From: Gammaproteobacteria bacterium
GTDB taxonomy: Bacteria; Pseudomonadota; Gammaproteobacteria; Steroidobacterales; GCA-2729495
Direction of reading: 5' to 3'
Assembly: GCA_020851975.1 (NCBI GenBank)
Contig: JADZBS010000030.1
Span: 2,101-66,100 of the forward strand
Length of the DNA stretch: 64,000 bases
Translations under genes and position numbers: made by a program
Shown: positions 1-8,577 of the stretch, one piece after another
Layout of the letters: each line of letters begins with the position of its first letter
Numbering within the stretch: the stretch's first letter is position 1
Notes under the pieces: model-generated
The model's input: the letters and a program-made list of their open reading frames with translations, nothing else
What the model was told of the DNA's origin: nothing
Databases searched by the model: none

Positions 1-326
1 AGATCGGCTTCGTGGTCCTGATCGGGCTCGCCAGCAAGAACGCCATCCTGCTGGTGGAGTTCGCCCGCCAGCGCGAGGAGCAGGGCGCCGATCCGATCGC
101 GGCTGCCGTGGATGCCGCACGCCTGCGCCTGCGCCCCATCCTCATGACGTCGCTGGCGTTCATCGCCGGCGTGGTGCCTCTCGGGCTCGCGATCGGCGCC
201 GGCGCCGAGATGCGCCGCGTGCTCGGCACGGTGGTGTTGAGCGGCATGCTCGGCGTGACGCTCGTCGGCCTGCTGCTGACACCGGTGTTCTACGTGCTGG
301 TGCGCCGGCGGATCCGCCGGGCCTGA
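1..326 (+). CDS. RND efflux transporter permease (AcrB/MexB-type), C-terminal fragment; 5' end is upstream of the window
   Basis: The translation (GLASKNAILLVEFA...ILMTSLAFIAGVVPL...VFYVLV) matches the last TM helices of HAE1-type RND pumps. The frame is open to the window edge. Confidence 0.85.
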   Translation, partial: IGFVVLIGLASKNAILLVEFARQREEQGADPIAAAVDAARLRLRPILMTSLAFIAGVVPLGLAIGAGAEMRRVLGTVVLSGMLGVTLVGLLLTPVFYVLVRRRIRRA

Positions 327-392
327 GATAGCGCGCCGCCCGGCACCTCGACCTCCCGGTCGCCGCCGTGGCGCAACGCCCCGTCGGCACGT

Positions 393-3300
393 ATGCTCGC
401 CCGCATGCTCCCGCGGTCACCTCCCGCGTTCACCCGATGCCGGCGCTCATGGCCCGGGCTTGCCGCGATGCTGCTCGCCGCCGTGCCCGCGGGCGTGCCG
501 GCGGCCGAGGTCGCCGTGCCACCGGAACTGCAGCCCTGGCAGGACTGGGCGCTGCACAGCCTGGAGTACCGCCGCTGCCCGTTCCTGCCGGCTGCCGATC
601 CCGCCCGGCGCGAGGCCTACCGCTGTACCTGGCCCGAGCGGCTGTCCGTGCGGGTGGACACCGGCGGCGGGGAGTTCAGCCAGCGCTGGCAGGTCTTCGC
701 CGAGAGCTGGGTGACGCTCCCCGGCAGCCTCGAGCACTGGCCGGTCGACGTGCGTCGCGACGGCGAACCGGCACCCGTCGTCGCCCGCGAGGGCGTGCCG
801 CAGCTGCGCCTCCCGCCCGGCAGCCACCTCGTCACCGGCCGCCTGCGCTGGGAAGCGCGACCCGAGGTGCTGCCGGTGTCGCCCCGGACGGCGCTGGTCG
901 ATCTCACCGTCGATGGCCAGCGCGTTGCCGAGCCCGAGCGTCCCGGCGGGGCACTGCGGCTCGGCCGGCGCCAGAGCGCCAGGCAGCCGGCCGCGCTGGA
1001 CGTGCAGGTCCATCGGCTGCTGCGGGACGAGATCCCCGGGCGACTGCAGACCCGCATCCGACTGCAGGTGGCCGGCGATGGCCGCGAGGAACTGCTCGGC
1101 CGCGCCCTGCCCGAAGGCTTCTTGCCCGTGGCGCTCGCGAGCGAACTCGCCGCGCGCCTCGAAGCCGACGGCCGCCTGCGCGTGCAGTTGCGGGCCGGGA
1201 CATTCGAGATCGCGCTCGAGGCGCGCGCCCCGGGCGTGCTGGCCTCGGTCGCGCGGCCGGCGACGGGCGAAGGCGCCTGGCCGCGCGACGAGGTCTGGAG
1301 CTTCCAGGGCAACGAGCGGCTGCGGGTGGCCGTCGCGCAGGGCGCCGAGGGGATCGATCCCGCCCAGGCCGCCGTGCCGGCCGAGTGGCAGGGCTGGCCG
1401 GCGTTCCGCCTGCTGCCCGGGTCGAGTCTTGCCATCGAGGAGCGCAGCCGGGGTCTCGCCGCGAGCGACGAGAACCGGCTCACGCTCGCGCGCGAGCTGT
1501 GGCTCGATTTCGATCACGAGGGCTTCACCGCGCGCGACGTGTTGCGGGGTACCCTGCGCCGCGACTGGCGGCTCGACATGCACGCGCCGTTCGCGCTGGC
1601 TCATGCGCAGAGCGGTGGCGAGACGCTGCTCGTCACCACCGGCGCGGGCGGTGCCACCGGCGTGGAGCTGCGCACCCCGCAGCTCGACCTGGTCACGCTC
1701 GCCCGCGTCACCGGCACGCGTGCGGCGTTGCCGGCCACGGGCTGGCAGAGTCGTTTCGACACGGTGAGCGGCACGATCCACCTGCCGCCGGGCCACCGCC
1801 TGCTCGCCGCGCTGAGCGATGTCGCCGACGTCGCCCGCGGCAGCTGGTGGTCGCTCTGGGGCCTGTGGAGCTTCTTCGGCCTGTGCATCGTCGTGGCGCT
1901 GACCTACCGGCTGGCCGGGACGCGGCTCGCCGCAGTCGCCTTCGGCGCACTCGTCCTCACCTACCAGGAGGCGCCTGATCATCTCTGGCTGTGGGCGAAC
2001 CTGCTCGGCGCGGTCGCCGTCGCCCGCGCCGTACCCGTCGACGGGCGCTTCCGTCGCGCGGCGGAACGCTACCGCCTGGCGAGTTTCGCGCTGCTCGGCC
2101 TGGCGCTCCTGCCGCTCGCCTTCGGGCAGCTGCGACTCGCCCTGCATCCGCAGCTCGATGCCGACGCCGGTTTCGACACCGCTGCCCCGGTCGCGCCCCC
2201 GTTCGTGCCGCCGCCCGATGTCGCAATCGACCTGCCGATGTCAGCCGCGGATCAGGCCACCGAAGCGGTGACGATGACCGGGGAGACCGCGCCGCAGCCG
2301 GCCTCGGAACCCGAGCGGCGCCTGCGCGGCGCCCTGGCGAAAGTCGCAGCAGCGCCCGGCGAACGCCTCGACGCTCTACAGGTCGTCGCGCGCCACGCGC
2401 CGGGCACGCTGCTGCAGGCAGGGCCGGGCGTACCGGCCTGGCGCTACCGCAGCTACGACTACGCCTGGTCCGGGCCGGTGGAAGCCGGCGATACGCTGCG
2501 CGTGATCTACGCCGGCCCGGTGCTGCTCGGCGCCTGGCGCATCGCCGGCGTGCTGCTGCTCGCGTTGTGGTTCGGCACGTTGCTGCACGCGAGCTACGCC
2601 ACGCGATGGCGCTGGCCGTTCGGGGCAGGTCCGGGCAGCAGCGTGCCGCCGGCGCTGGCGGTGCTGGCACTGCTCGTGATGACCGGTATTGCGTTGCCGG
2701 CACATGCCGAGGCCACGCCCGACGGCAAGCTGCTCGACCTGCTGCGCCAGCGCCTGGTGGAGACGCCTGCCTGCGTGCCGACCTGTGCGGAGATCACGCA
2801 GGCGCAGGTCGACGTCGAGGGCCAGCGCCTCGACGTGACGCTCGCCGTGAGCACACTCGCGCGCGTCGCCGTGGCGCTGCCTCATGGCGGTGACCACTGG
2901 CAGCTCGACACCGTGACCGTCGACGGCGCCGGCGCACCGGCGATCGCGCGCGAGACCGACGGTGCGCCGTGGCTCGCGCTCGCGCCCGGGACGCACAGCG
3001 TGCGCCTGTCCGGCCGGCTCGCCGATGTCGCCTCGATCCCGCTGGCGTTTCCACAGCTGCCGCGTGCAGTGAGCGTCGCCGCCCGCGGCTGGACGGTCAC
3101 GGGTGTCAATGCGGGGCGGCTCGTATCCGGTGCGCTCGAACTCGTGCGTGTCGGCGTGACGCCGGCTGGTGCGCGTGAGGACGGCACGGCGCCGGGTACT
3201 GCCGCGGCTGGTGGCGAGTTCCCGGGTTTCGTGCGGGTCGTGCGCCGCTTCGACCTCGGCCTCGACTGGACGGTGACGACCGAGGTCGGGCGCATCGCGC

Positions 3301-4595
3301 CGGAGCGGGCCGCGGTGACGGTGCAGGTCCCGCTCGTGGTGGGCGAGTCCGTGCTGACGCCCGGTGTCGAGGTCACGCCGGCGCGTGACGTGCTGGTCGG
3401 CCTCGCACCCGGCCAGGTCGCTGCCGGCTGGACGTCCGCGCTGGCGCGTACGGCGACGCTCGACCTCGCCATGCCGCAGGACGCGGCCCGTGTGGAGGTG
3501 TGGACCTTCAGCGTGCACCCGCAGTGGCGCGTGGCCTTCGATGGCCAGCCGGCCGTGCTGCCGGACGACCCGGATGCACCCGCCTGGGTCTATACCTACT
3601 ACCCGCGAGCGGGCGAGCGGCTCGCCCTGCACGTGGTGCGGCCGGCGGCCGTGCCAGGATCGACGCTCGCCATCGACGCCGCGACCCAGTCGCTGCGGCT
3701 CGGCGAGCGTACCGCCGACGCCGGACTCGACTTCACCTACCGCAGTACCCAGGGCGGCCGCCACGCCATCCGGTTGCCACCGGAAGCGCGCGTGCAGTCC
3801 GTTGCCGTCGATGGCGAGCCGCTCGCCATCCGCCCCGAGCCCGACGGTGAGCTGTCGCTCGGCGTGCTGCCGGGCGTGCACCAGGTCGCGATCCGCTTCG
3901 AGCTGCCAGGCGGGGCGGCGCTCGCCACGCGGCCGGCGGCCGTCGACCTGCAGTCGGGTGCGAGCAATGTGCGCACCGTGCTCGAGCTGCCGCGGGAACG
4001 CTGGGCGCTCGCCACGCTCGGGGGCGACGCCGGCGTCGGGCCGGTGATCCTCTACTGGAGCGAACTCGCCGCCTTTTTCGTGCTCGCTGTGTTCCTCGGC
4101 CGCCAGTCCTGGTCCCCGCTGCGGGCACACGAGTGGCTGCTCCTCGGGCTCGGGCTATCGACGCAGTCCTGGGGGGTGTTCGCGCTGGTGGGGTCGTGGT
4201 TCATCGCGCTGCGCTGGCGCAGCCAATGGTCGGCGGAGGGCATCGCCGACTGGCTGTTCGACCTGGTGCAGGCAGCGCTCGTGCTGCTGACCGTTGTCGC
4301 CCTCTCCGGCCTCGTGTTCACCGGCATCCGCTATGGCTTCCTGTCCACGCCCGACATGGGCGTGATCGGTGCGCAATCCGGCGGCAACACCTTCGCCTGG
4401 TTTGCCGACCGCACCACCGCGGCGCTGCCGCAGCCCGTGGTGCTGAGCGTGCCGCTGTGGGCCTACAAGGCGCTCGTCTTTGCCTGGGCGCTGTGGATCG
4501 CCTGGCGGCTCGCCCTGCATTGGCTGCCCTGGGCCTGGCGGGCGTGGATCCACGGCGGGTTCTGGCGCCGGACGGGCAGGCTGCTTGCGCGCTAG
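393..4595 (+). CDS. Very large (1,400 aa) membrane protein of unknown function with two homologous modules
   Basis: A single uninterrupted ORF from ATG 393, with strongly G/C-rich third codon positions wherever I checked. It has a signal-like N-terminus, two clusters of TM helices and an Ala/Pro-rich central linker. I recognise no family. Confidence 0.7.
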   Translation: MLARMLPRSPPAFTRCRRSWPGLAAMLLAAVPAGVPAAEVAVPPELQPWQDWALHSLEYRRCPFLPAADPARREAYRCTWPERLSVRVDTGGGEFSQRWQVFAESWVTLPGSLEHWPVDVRRDGEPAPVVAREGVPQLRLPPGSHLVTGRLRWEARPEVLPVSPRTALVDLTVDGQRVAEPERPGGALRLGRRQSARQPAALDVQVHRLLRDEIPGRLQTRIRLQVAGDGREELLGRALPEGFLPVALASELAARLEADGRLRVQLRAGTFEIALEARAPGVLASVARPATGEGAWPRDEVWSFQGNERLRVAVAQGAEGIDPAQAAVPAEWQGWPAFRLLPGSSLAIEERSRGLAASDENRLTLARELWLDFDHEGFTARDVLRGTLRRDWRLDMHAPFALAHAQSGGETLLVTTGAGGATGVELRTPQLDLVTLARVTGTRAALPATGWQSRFDTVSGTIHLPPGHRLLAALSDVADVARGSWWSLWGLWSFFGLCIVVALTYRLAGTRLAAVAFGALVLTYQEAPDHLWLWANLLGAVAVARAVPVDGRFRRAAERYRLASFALLGLALLPLAFGQLRLALHPQLDADAGFDTAAPVAPPFVPPPDVAIDLPMSAADQATEAVTMTGETAPQPASEPERRLRGALAKVAAAPGERLDALQVVARHAPGTLLQAGPGVPAWRYRSYDYAWSGPVEAGDTLRVIYAGPVLLGAWRIAGVLLLALWFGTLLHASYATRWRWPFGAGPGSSVPPALAVLALLVMTGIALPAHAEATPDGKLLDLLRQRLVETPACVPTCAEITQAQVDVEGQRLDVTLAVSTLARVAVALPHGGDHWQLDTVTVDGAGAPAIARETDGAPWLALAPGTHSVRLSGRLADVASIPLAFPQLPRAVSVAARGWTVTGVNAGRLVSGALELVRVGVTPAGAREDGTAPGTAAAGGEFPGFVRVVRRFDLGLDWTVTTEVGRIAPERAAVTVQVPLVVGESVLTPGVEVTPARDVLVGLAPGQVAAGWTSALARTATLDLAMPQDAARVEVWTFSVHPQWRVAFDGQPAVLPDDPDAPAWVYTYYPRAGERLALHVVRPAAVPGSTLAIDAATQSLRLGERTADAGLDFTYRSTQGGRHAIRLPPEARVQSVAVDGEPLAIRPEPDGELSLGVLPGVHQVAIRFELPGGAALATRPAAVDLQSGASNVRTVLELPRERWALATLGGDAGVGPVILYWSELAAFFVLAVFLGRQSWSPLRAHEWLLLGLGLSTQSWGVFALVGSWFIALRWRSQWSAEGIADWLFDLVQAALVLLTVVALSGLVFTGIRYGFLSTPDMGVIGAQSGGNTFAWFADRTTAALPQPVVLSVPLWAYKALVFAWALWIAWRLALHWLPWAWRAWIHGGFWRRTGRLLAR

Positions 4596-4614
4596 ACGCA
4601 AGACGTCGCGAACG

Positions 4615-5031
4615 GTGCCGGTGGCCCGTAGCGGCCTGCCGCGTGCAGTCATCGCGGCCCTGCAGCCATATTTCCACGACTTCGAACTCGGGGCGCTGCG
4701 CGTGCGCCACCGCATCCCGCGCTACGTCGTCGGGCGACCGGCGGGCTACGCCAGCGGCAACGACATCTGCTTCCCGGCCGGATGCTTCGACCCGCACACC
4801 GCCGACGGACTGGCGCTCATCGCGCACGAGGCCTGGCACAGCCGCCAGTACCGACAGCTCGGTACCTGGCGGTTTCGCATCCGCTATGTCGGCGAGTACC
4901 TCGCCGGGCGGCTGCGAGGACGCGGCCACGACGCGGCCTATCGCGGCATCTCGCTCGAACGCGAGGCGCAGGCGCTCGAGGAACGGGTTCGCCGGGACCT
5001 GGCAGCGGTGGTGTCGCGGGACCGGCGTTGA
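4615..5031 (+). CDS. DUF4157-like protein with an HExxH motif
   Basis: GTG at 4615 lies 20 nt after the preceding stop. The translation (LPRAVIAALQPYF..LRVRH...NDICFPAGCFDPHTADGLALIAHEAWHSRQY) fits the DUF4157 pattern, including HEAWH. The start codon is uncertain; the track ORF begins at 4480 inside the upstream gene. Confidence 0.65.
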   Translation: MPVARSGLPRAVIAALQPYFHDFELGALRVRHRIPRYVVGRPAGYASGNDICFPAGCFDPHTADGLALIAHEAWHSRQYRQLGTWRFRIRYVGEYLAGRLRGRGHDAAYRGISLEREAQALEERVRRDLAAVVSRDRR

Positions 5032-5125
5032 TCGCCTGGGGACGATTGCGCAAAGTCGACCTTGTGGCCTATAAGTGCCGGCAGGCCGGTCGGCCTGCGT
5101 CCTGGCTGCGGACCTTGACGATAAA

Positions 5126-5587
5126 GTGACCATCACGTCGTACATTACCGACGAGATCAGGGCCCTGGTCGGGCAGGAACTCGACCGGTCCGTGCACGAG
5201 ATCGAGAAGGGCATGATCCGCCGGCTCGCCGAGTCGGCGCTCGACGACAACCCCCTGTTCCGGGACTGCGAGGCGAGCCGCAACAGCCGCTACGGGGGCA
5301 TGATCGCGCCACCCGGCATCGTCTGGCCGATCATTCCGCCGAAGATGGACTGGTTCGTCACCCGGTACGACTTCCCGCTGAAGCGGCTGCTCAATGCCGG
5401 CTTCGAGCAGGAGTTCTTTGCCCCCATCCGTCCCGGTGACGTGCTGACCGGCGTGCTCACGCTCGCTGCGGTGGAGGAGAAGGAAGGGCGCATCGGCCAC
5501 ATGGTGTTCTTCCACTTCGACGTGACCTGGACCAACCAGCACGAGCACAGGGTCATGACGCTGCGCCAGAGCTTCATCAGGTACTGA
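5126..5587 (+). CDS. MaoC_N / FAS1-like hotdog dehydratase subunit
   Basis: The translation (ITDEIRALVGQEL...IEKGMIRRLAESALDDNPLF...) resembles the N-terminal-type subunit of two-component (R)-hydratases. I prefer GTG 5126 over GTG 5075, but the start is uncertain. Confidence 0.7.
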   Translation: MTITSYITDEIRALVGQELDRSVHEIEKGMIRRLAESALDDNPLFRDCEASRNSRYGGMIAPPGIVWPIIPPKMDWFVTRYDFPLKRLLNAGFEQEFFAPIRPGDVLTGVLTLAAVEEKEGRIGHMVFFHFDVTWTNQHEHRVMTLRQSFIRY

Positions 5588-5604
5588 CGGCGGGGAGGAG
5601 ACCT

Positions 5605-6033
5605 TTGGCGAACCAGCGATTTTTCGAGGACGTGCGGGTCGGCGAGACGCTGGGGCCGCTGGTCATGACGCCCACGCGCCGCCAGGCGGTGAAGTGGGCG
5701 GGCGCGTCGGGGGATTACTACGAGATCCACTACGACAAGGACTTCGCCATCGCTGCCGGCCAGCCGGACGTCATCGTGCACGGCGCGCTGAAGGCGGCGG
5801 TCGCGGCGCAGTTGCTCACCAGCTGGATGGGGCTCGACGGCTTCCTGAAGAAGGTGAGCTGCCGGTTCAAGGGCATCGATTTCTTCGATGTCGCGCTCAC
5901 CTGCGCCGGCCAGGTGACCGCCACGTACGTCGATGGCGACGATCACTGCGTCGCGTGCGAGGTCTGGATCGACAACGCACGGGGCGAACGGACCACGGTG
6001 GGCGGCGGCGTGGTGGTGCTGCCGTCGCGATGA
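5605..6033 (+). CDS. MaoC-like (R)-specific enoyl-CoA hydratase/dehydratase subunit
   Basis: The hotdog-fold motif region is present (GASGDYYEIHYDKDFA...VIVHGALK). The start is TTG. The gene lies immediately downstream of the MaoC_N-type gene. Confidence 0.8.
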   Translation: MANQRFFEDVRVGETLGPLVMTPTRRQAVKWAGASGDYYEIHYDKDFAIAAGQPDVIVHGALKAAVAAQLLTSWMGLDGFLKKVSCRFKGIDFFDVALTCAGQVTATYVDGDDHCVACEVWIDNARGERTTVGGGVVVLPSR

Positions 6034-6854
6034 CGGCAGGCGACAGCGGGAGGCCCGACATGACGGCAGCACAAGGCAGGCTCACCGGCAAGGTGGCGGT
6101 GGTCACGGGTTCCGGCCAGGGCATCGGACGGGCGATTGCAGAACTGTTCGCGCGCGAGGGCGCGGCCGTGGTCGTCAATGCGCTGCACGCGCAGACGGCC
6201 GGGAGCACGGTGGCGGCGATCAGCGCCGGCGGCGGTCGGGCCGTCGCCTGCGTGGGCGACGTGAGGAACCCGGTCGATGCGCAGCGCCTCGCCGACACCG
6301 CGGTCGCGCAGTTCGGCGGCCTGGACATCCTGGTGAACAACGCCGGTTTTCCGCTCGACGCCATGGTCCACAAGATGACCGACCAGCAGTGGGACGACTG
6401 CGTCGACGTCACGCTGAAGGGCGCGTTCAACTGCATCCGCGCGGCGGCGCCGCACATGCGCCGCGAGGGACACAACGGGCGGATCATCAACATCTCGGCT
6501 GCCGCCGGCCTGATCGGCAGCCCGGGCATGGTCAACTACTGCGCGGCCAAGCACGGCCTGCACGGCCTCACCAGGACGATCGCCCTCGAGTGGCTGCGCT
6601 ATGGCGTGACCTGCAACGCCATCGCCTATGGCTGGGTGGACACGCGGTTGACGGGCGAGCGCGAAGCGGGCGGGGAGATCCTCGGCCACGCCGTCGGCAT
6701 CCCGAAGAGCGTCCGTGACCGGCTGCGTGCCCAGTACCAGGGCAATCCGCAGACCGCCGGGCAGGCGGCCAACACCGCGCTCCTGCTGGCGCTGCCGGAG
6801 GCGCAGCACGTCACCGCGACCATCGTCAATGCCACCTCCGGCTGGCTGACCTGA
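6030..6854 (+). CDS. Short-chain dehydrogenase/reductase (FabG-like)
   Basis: TGSGQGIGRAIA cofactor motif, NNAG, and YCAAKHG (YxxxK). ATG 6030 overlaps the upstream TGA (ATGA). ATG 6060 is an alternative start. Confidence 0.85.
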   Translation: MTAGDSGRPDMTAAQGRLTGKVAVVTGSGQGIGRAIAELFAREGAAVVVNALHAQTAGSTVAAISAGGGRAVACVGDVRNPVDAQRLADTAVAQFGGLDILVNNAGFPLDAMVHKMTDQQWDDCVDVTLKGAFNCIRAAAPHMRREGHNGRIINISAAAGLIGSPGMVNYCAAKHGLHGLTRTIALEWLRYGVTCNAIAYGWVDTRLTGEREAGGEILGHAVGIPKSVRDRLRAQYQGNPQTAGQAANTALLLALPEAQHVTATIVNATSGWLT

Positions 6855-6952
6855 GGCGATGCCCGCCAACGGGTCGCGGTCACGCGGCCGGCTCCTGCGC
6901 CAGGCCCCTCGCGCATTGAGGCGGTTGCCCGGTATTTGCTAGATTTGCCCCC

Positions 6953-7063
6953 ATGACGGATCCCGACGACAAGGAACTCGCCGCGCGACGGCTGCGCCAC
7001 ATCCTGATCGCGGTCGCCGCCGGCATCATCCTGCTCGGCCTCGTCAGCCTGCTGCCGGGCTGA
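6953..7063 (+). CDS. Candidate 36-aa small membrane protein (below the ORF-track length cut-off)
   Basis: The ATG-to-TGA ORF translates to MTDPDDKELAARRLRHILIAVAAGIILLGLVSLLPG. I counted 33 of 36 third positions as G/C. The C-terminal half is hydrophobic. There is no clear SD sequence. Confidence 0.3.
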   Translation: MTDPDDKELAARRLRHILIAVAAGIILLGLVSLLPG

Positions 7064-7084
7064 GCGGGTCGGACAGGTCCGCGC

Positions 7085-8419
7085 TCAGGCGTACAGCCCG
7101 CGCATCTCGGAAGCTTCGGTCACGCGGCGAATGGCCACCATGAAGGCGGCGATGCGCAGGCTCACGCGCCGGCGCCGGTGCATCGCCTCGACGTGGTCGA
7201 AGGCGCTCTCCATGATGCGGCGCAGGTCGTCGATCACGCGTTCCTCGGTCCAGTAGTAACCCATCCGGTTCTGGACCCATTCGAGGTAGGAAACGGTCAC
7301 GCCACCGGCGTTGCAGAGGATGTCGGGGATCACCCGGACGCCGGCACGCTCGAGGATCGCATCGGCGTCGGGCGTGGTGGGGCCGTTGGCCCCCTCGGCG
7401 ACGATGCGGGCGCGCACGCGCCGGGCATTGGCGGCGGTGATCTGGTTCTCGAGTGCGGCGGGCACGAGGATGTCGACGGGCAGTTCGAGCAGGCGCGAGG
7501 CCCGGCGCAGCTTCGCGCCGCCGCGAAACCCGCGCAGCGAGCCACGTCGGGCAACGTGGGCCATGGCGGCGGCGACATCGATGCCCTGCGGATCGTGCCA
7601 GGCGCCGTCGACATCGCTCACCGCGACGATGCGCACACCGGCCTCGGCGAGGAACTTCGCCGCGTAGCTGCCGACGTTGCCGAAGCCCTGGATGGCGGCG
7701 GTGGCGCCGGGCAGCCCGAGCCCGAGGCGGGCGGCGGCTTTCCGGATGCAGAACACGATGCCGCGCGAGGTGGCGCTCTCGCGTCCGGCCGAGCCGCCGA
7801 GTTCCAGCGGCTTGCCGGTGATGACGCCGGGCACGAAGTCGTGCCTGTGCATGCTGTAGGTGTCCATCATCCAGCTCATGACCTGCGGGCCGGTGTTGAC
7901 GTCGGGCGCCGGCACGTCGCGGTCCGGCCCGAAGAGATCGATCATCTCGGCCATGTAGCGGCGCGAGAGCCGCTCGCGCTCGCCCTGCGACAGGGAGCGT
8001 GGATCGACCACGACACCGCCCTTGGCACCGCCCATCGGAATGCCGACCACGGCGCACTTGTAGGTCATCCAGAAGGCGAGCGCCTTGATCTCGTCGACCG
8101 TCACGTCCTGGTGGAAGCGGATGCCGCCCTTCGCCGGGCCGCGGGCGATGTTGTGCTGCACGCGGAAGGCGCGGAAGTTGCGGATGGAGCCGTCGTCCAT
8201 GCGTACCGGGAGGCGCGCCTCGGTGATACGCCTGGGCAGCTTGATCATGGCGATCTGGTTGTCGGTGAGCCGCAGCCGCCGGGCGGCGGCGTCGAACTGC
8301 ACCAGGGCGTTGTCGAAGGCCGAAGCGCGCCATTCCTCGAGCGACCCGGCGATCTGGCGGCGGCGTGCCGCATGGTGCGCCTGGCGGCGGCGCTCCGCGG
8401 CGCTGGATCGTGCGTTCAT
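7085..8419 (-). CDS. Glutamate dehydrogenase (Glu/Leu/Phe/Val dehydrogenase family)
   Basis: Catalytic region ...AKGGIRFH...GIPMGGAKGGVVVDP... plus a C-terminal Rossmann motif GFGNVGS. Confidence 0.9.
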   Translation of the reverse strand: MNARSSAAERRRQAHHAARRRQIAGSLEEWRASAFDNALVQFDAAARRLRLTDNQIAMIKLPRRITEARLPVRMDDGSIRNFRAFRVQHNIARGPAKGGIRFHQDVTVDEIKALAFWMTYKCAVVGIPMGGAKGGVVVDPRSLSQGERERLSRRYMAEMIDLFGPDRDVPAPDVNTGPQVMSWMMDTYSMHRHDFVPGVITGKPLELGGSAGRESATSRGIVFCIRKAAARLGLGLPGATAAIQGFGNVGSYAAKFLAEAGVRIVAVSDVDGAWHDPQGIDVAAAMAHVARRGSLRGFRGGAKLRRASRLLELPVDILVPAALENQITAANARRVRARIVAEGANGPTTPDADAILERAGVRVIPDILCNAGGVTVSYLEWVQNRMGYYWTEERVIDDLRRIMESAFDHVEAMHRRRRVSLRIAAFMVAIRRVTEASEMRGLYA

Positions 8420-8577
8420 GTCCGCTCCTGTCCGCGTGGGATTGCCGGGATTCTAGTCCGTGCGTGATGCCGGCGGTGCGGCGGCTTGGCGCCGCCGCCG
8501 GATCGTCGCACCATGGGCAGCGTACGGCCCGGTTCGCCCGCGGGGTGCAGCCCGAGGCCGTCGAGGGGGTGACCCCG

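Noticed and set aside
447-2147. Long antisense or alternative-frame ORFs overlapping the 1,400-aa gene (e.g. 447..2147 minus, 368..1978 plus, 2376..4130 minus).
   Set aside because: The translations are Arg/Ala/Pro/Gly-rich low-complexity strings typical of off-frame reading in high-GC DNA. The 393..4595 frame carries the G/C third-position bias.
5046-5075. TTGCGC-N18-TATAAG as a promoter for the hydratase/SDR genes.
   Set aside because: It is plausible, but the spacer is long and the -35 is weak. It would also exclude the GTG 5075 start. It is too uncertain to list as a feature.
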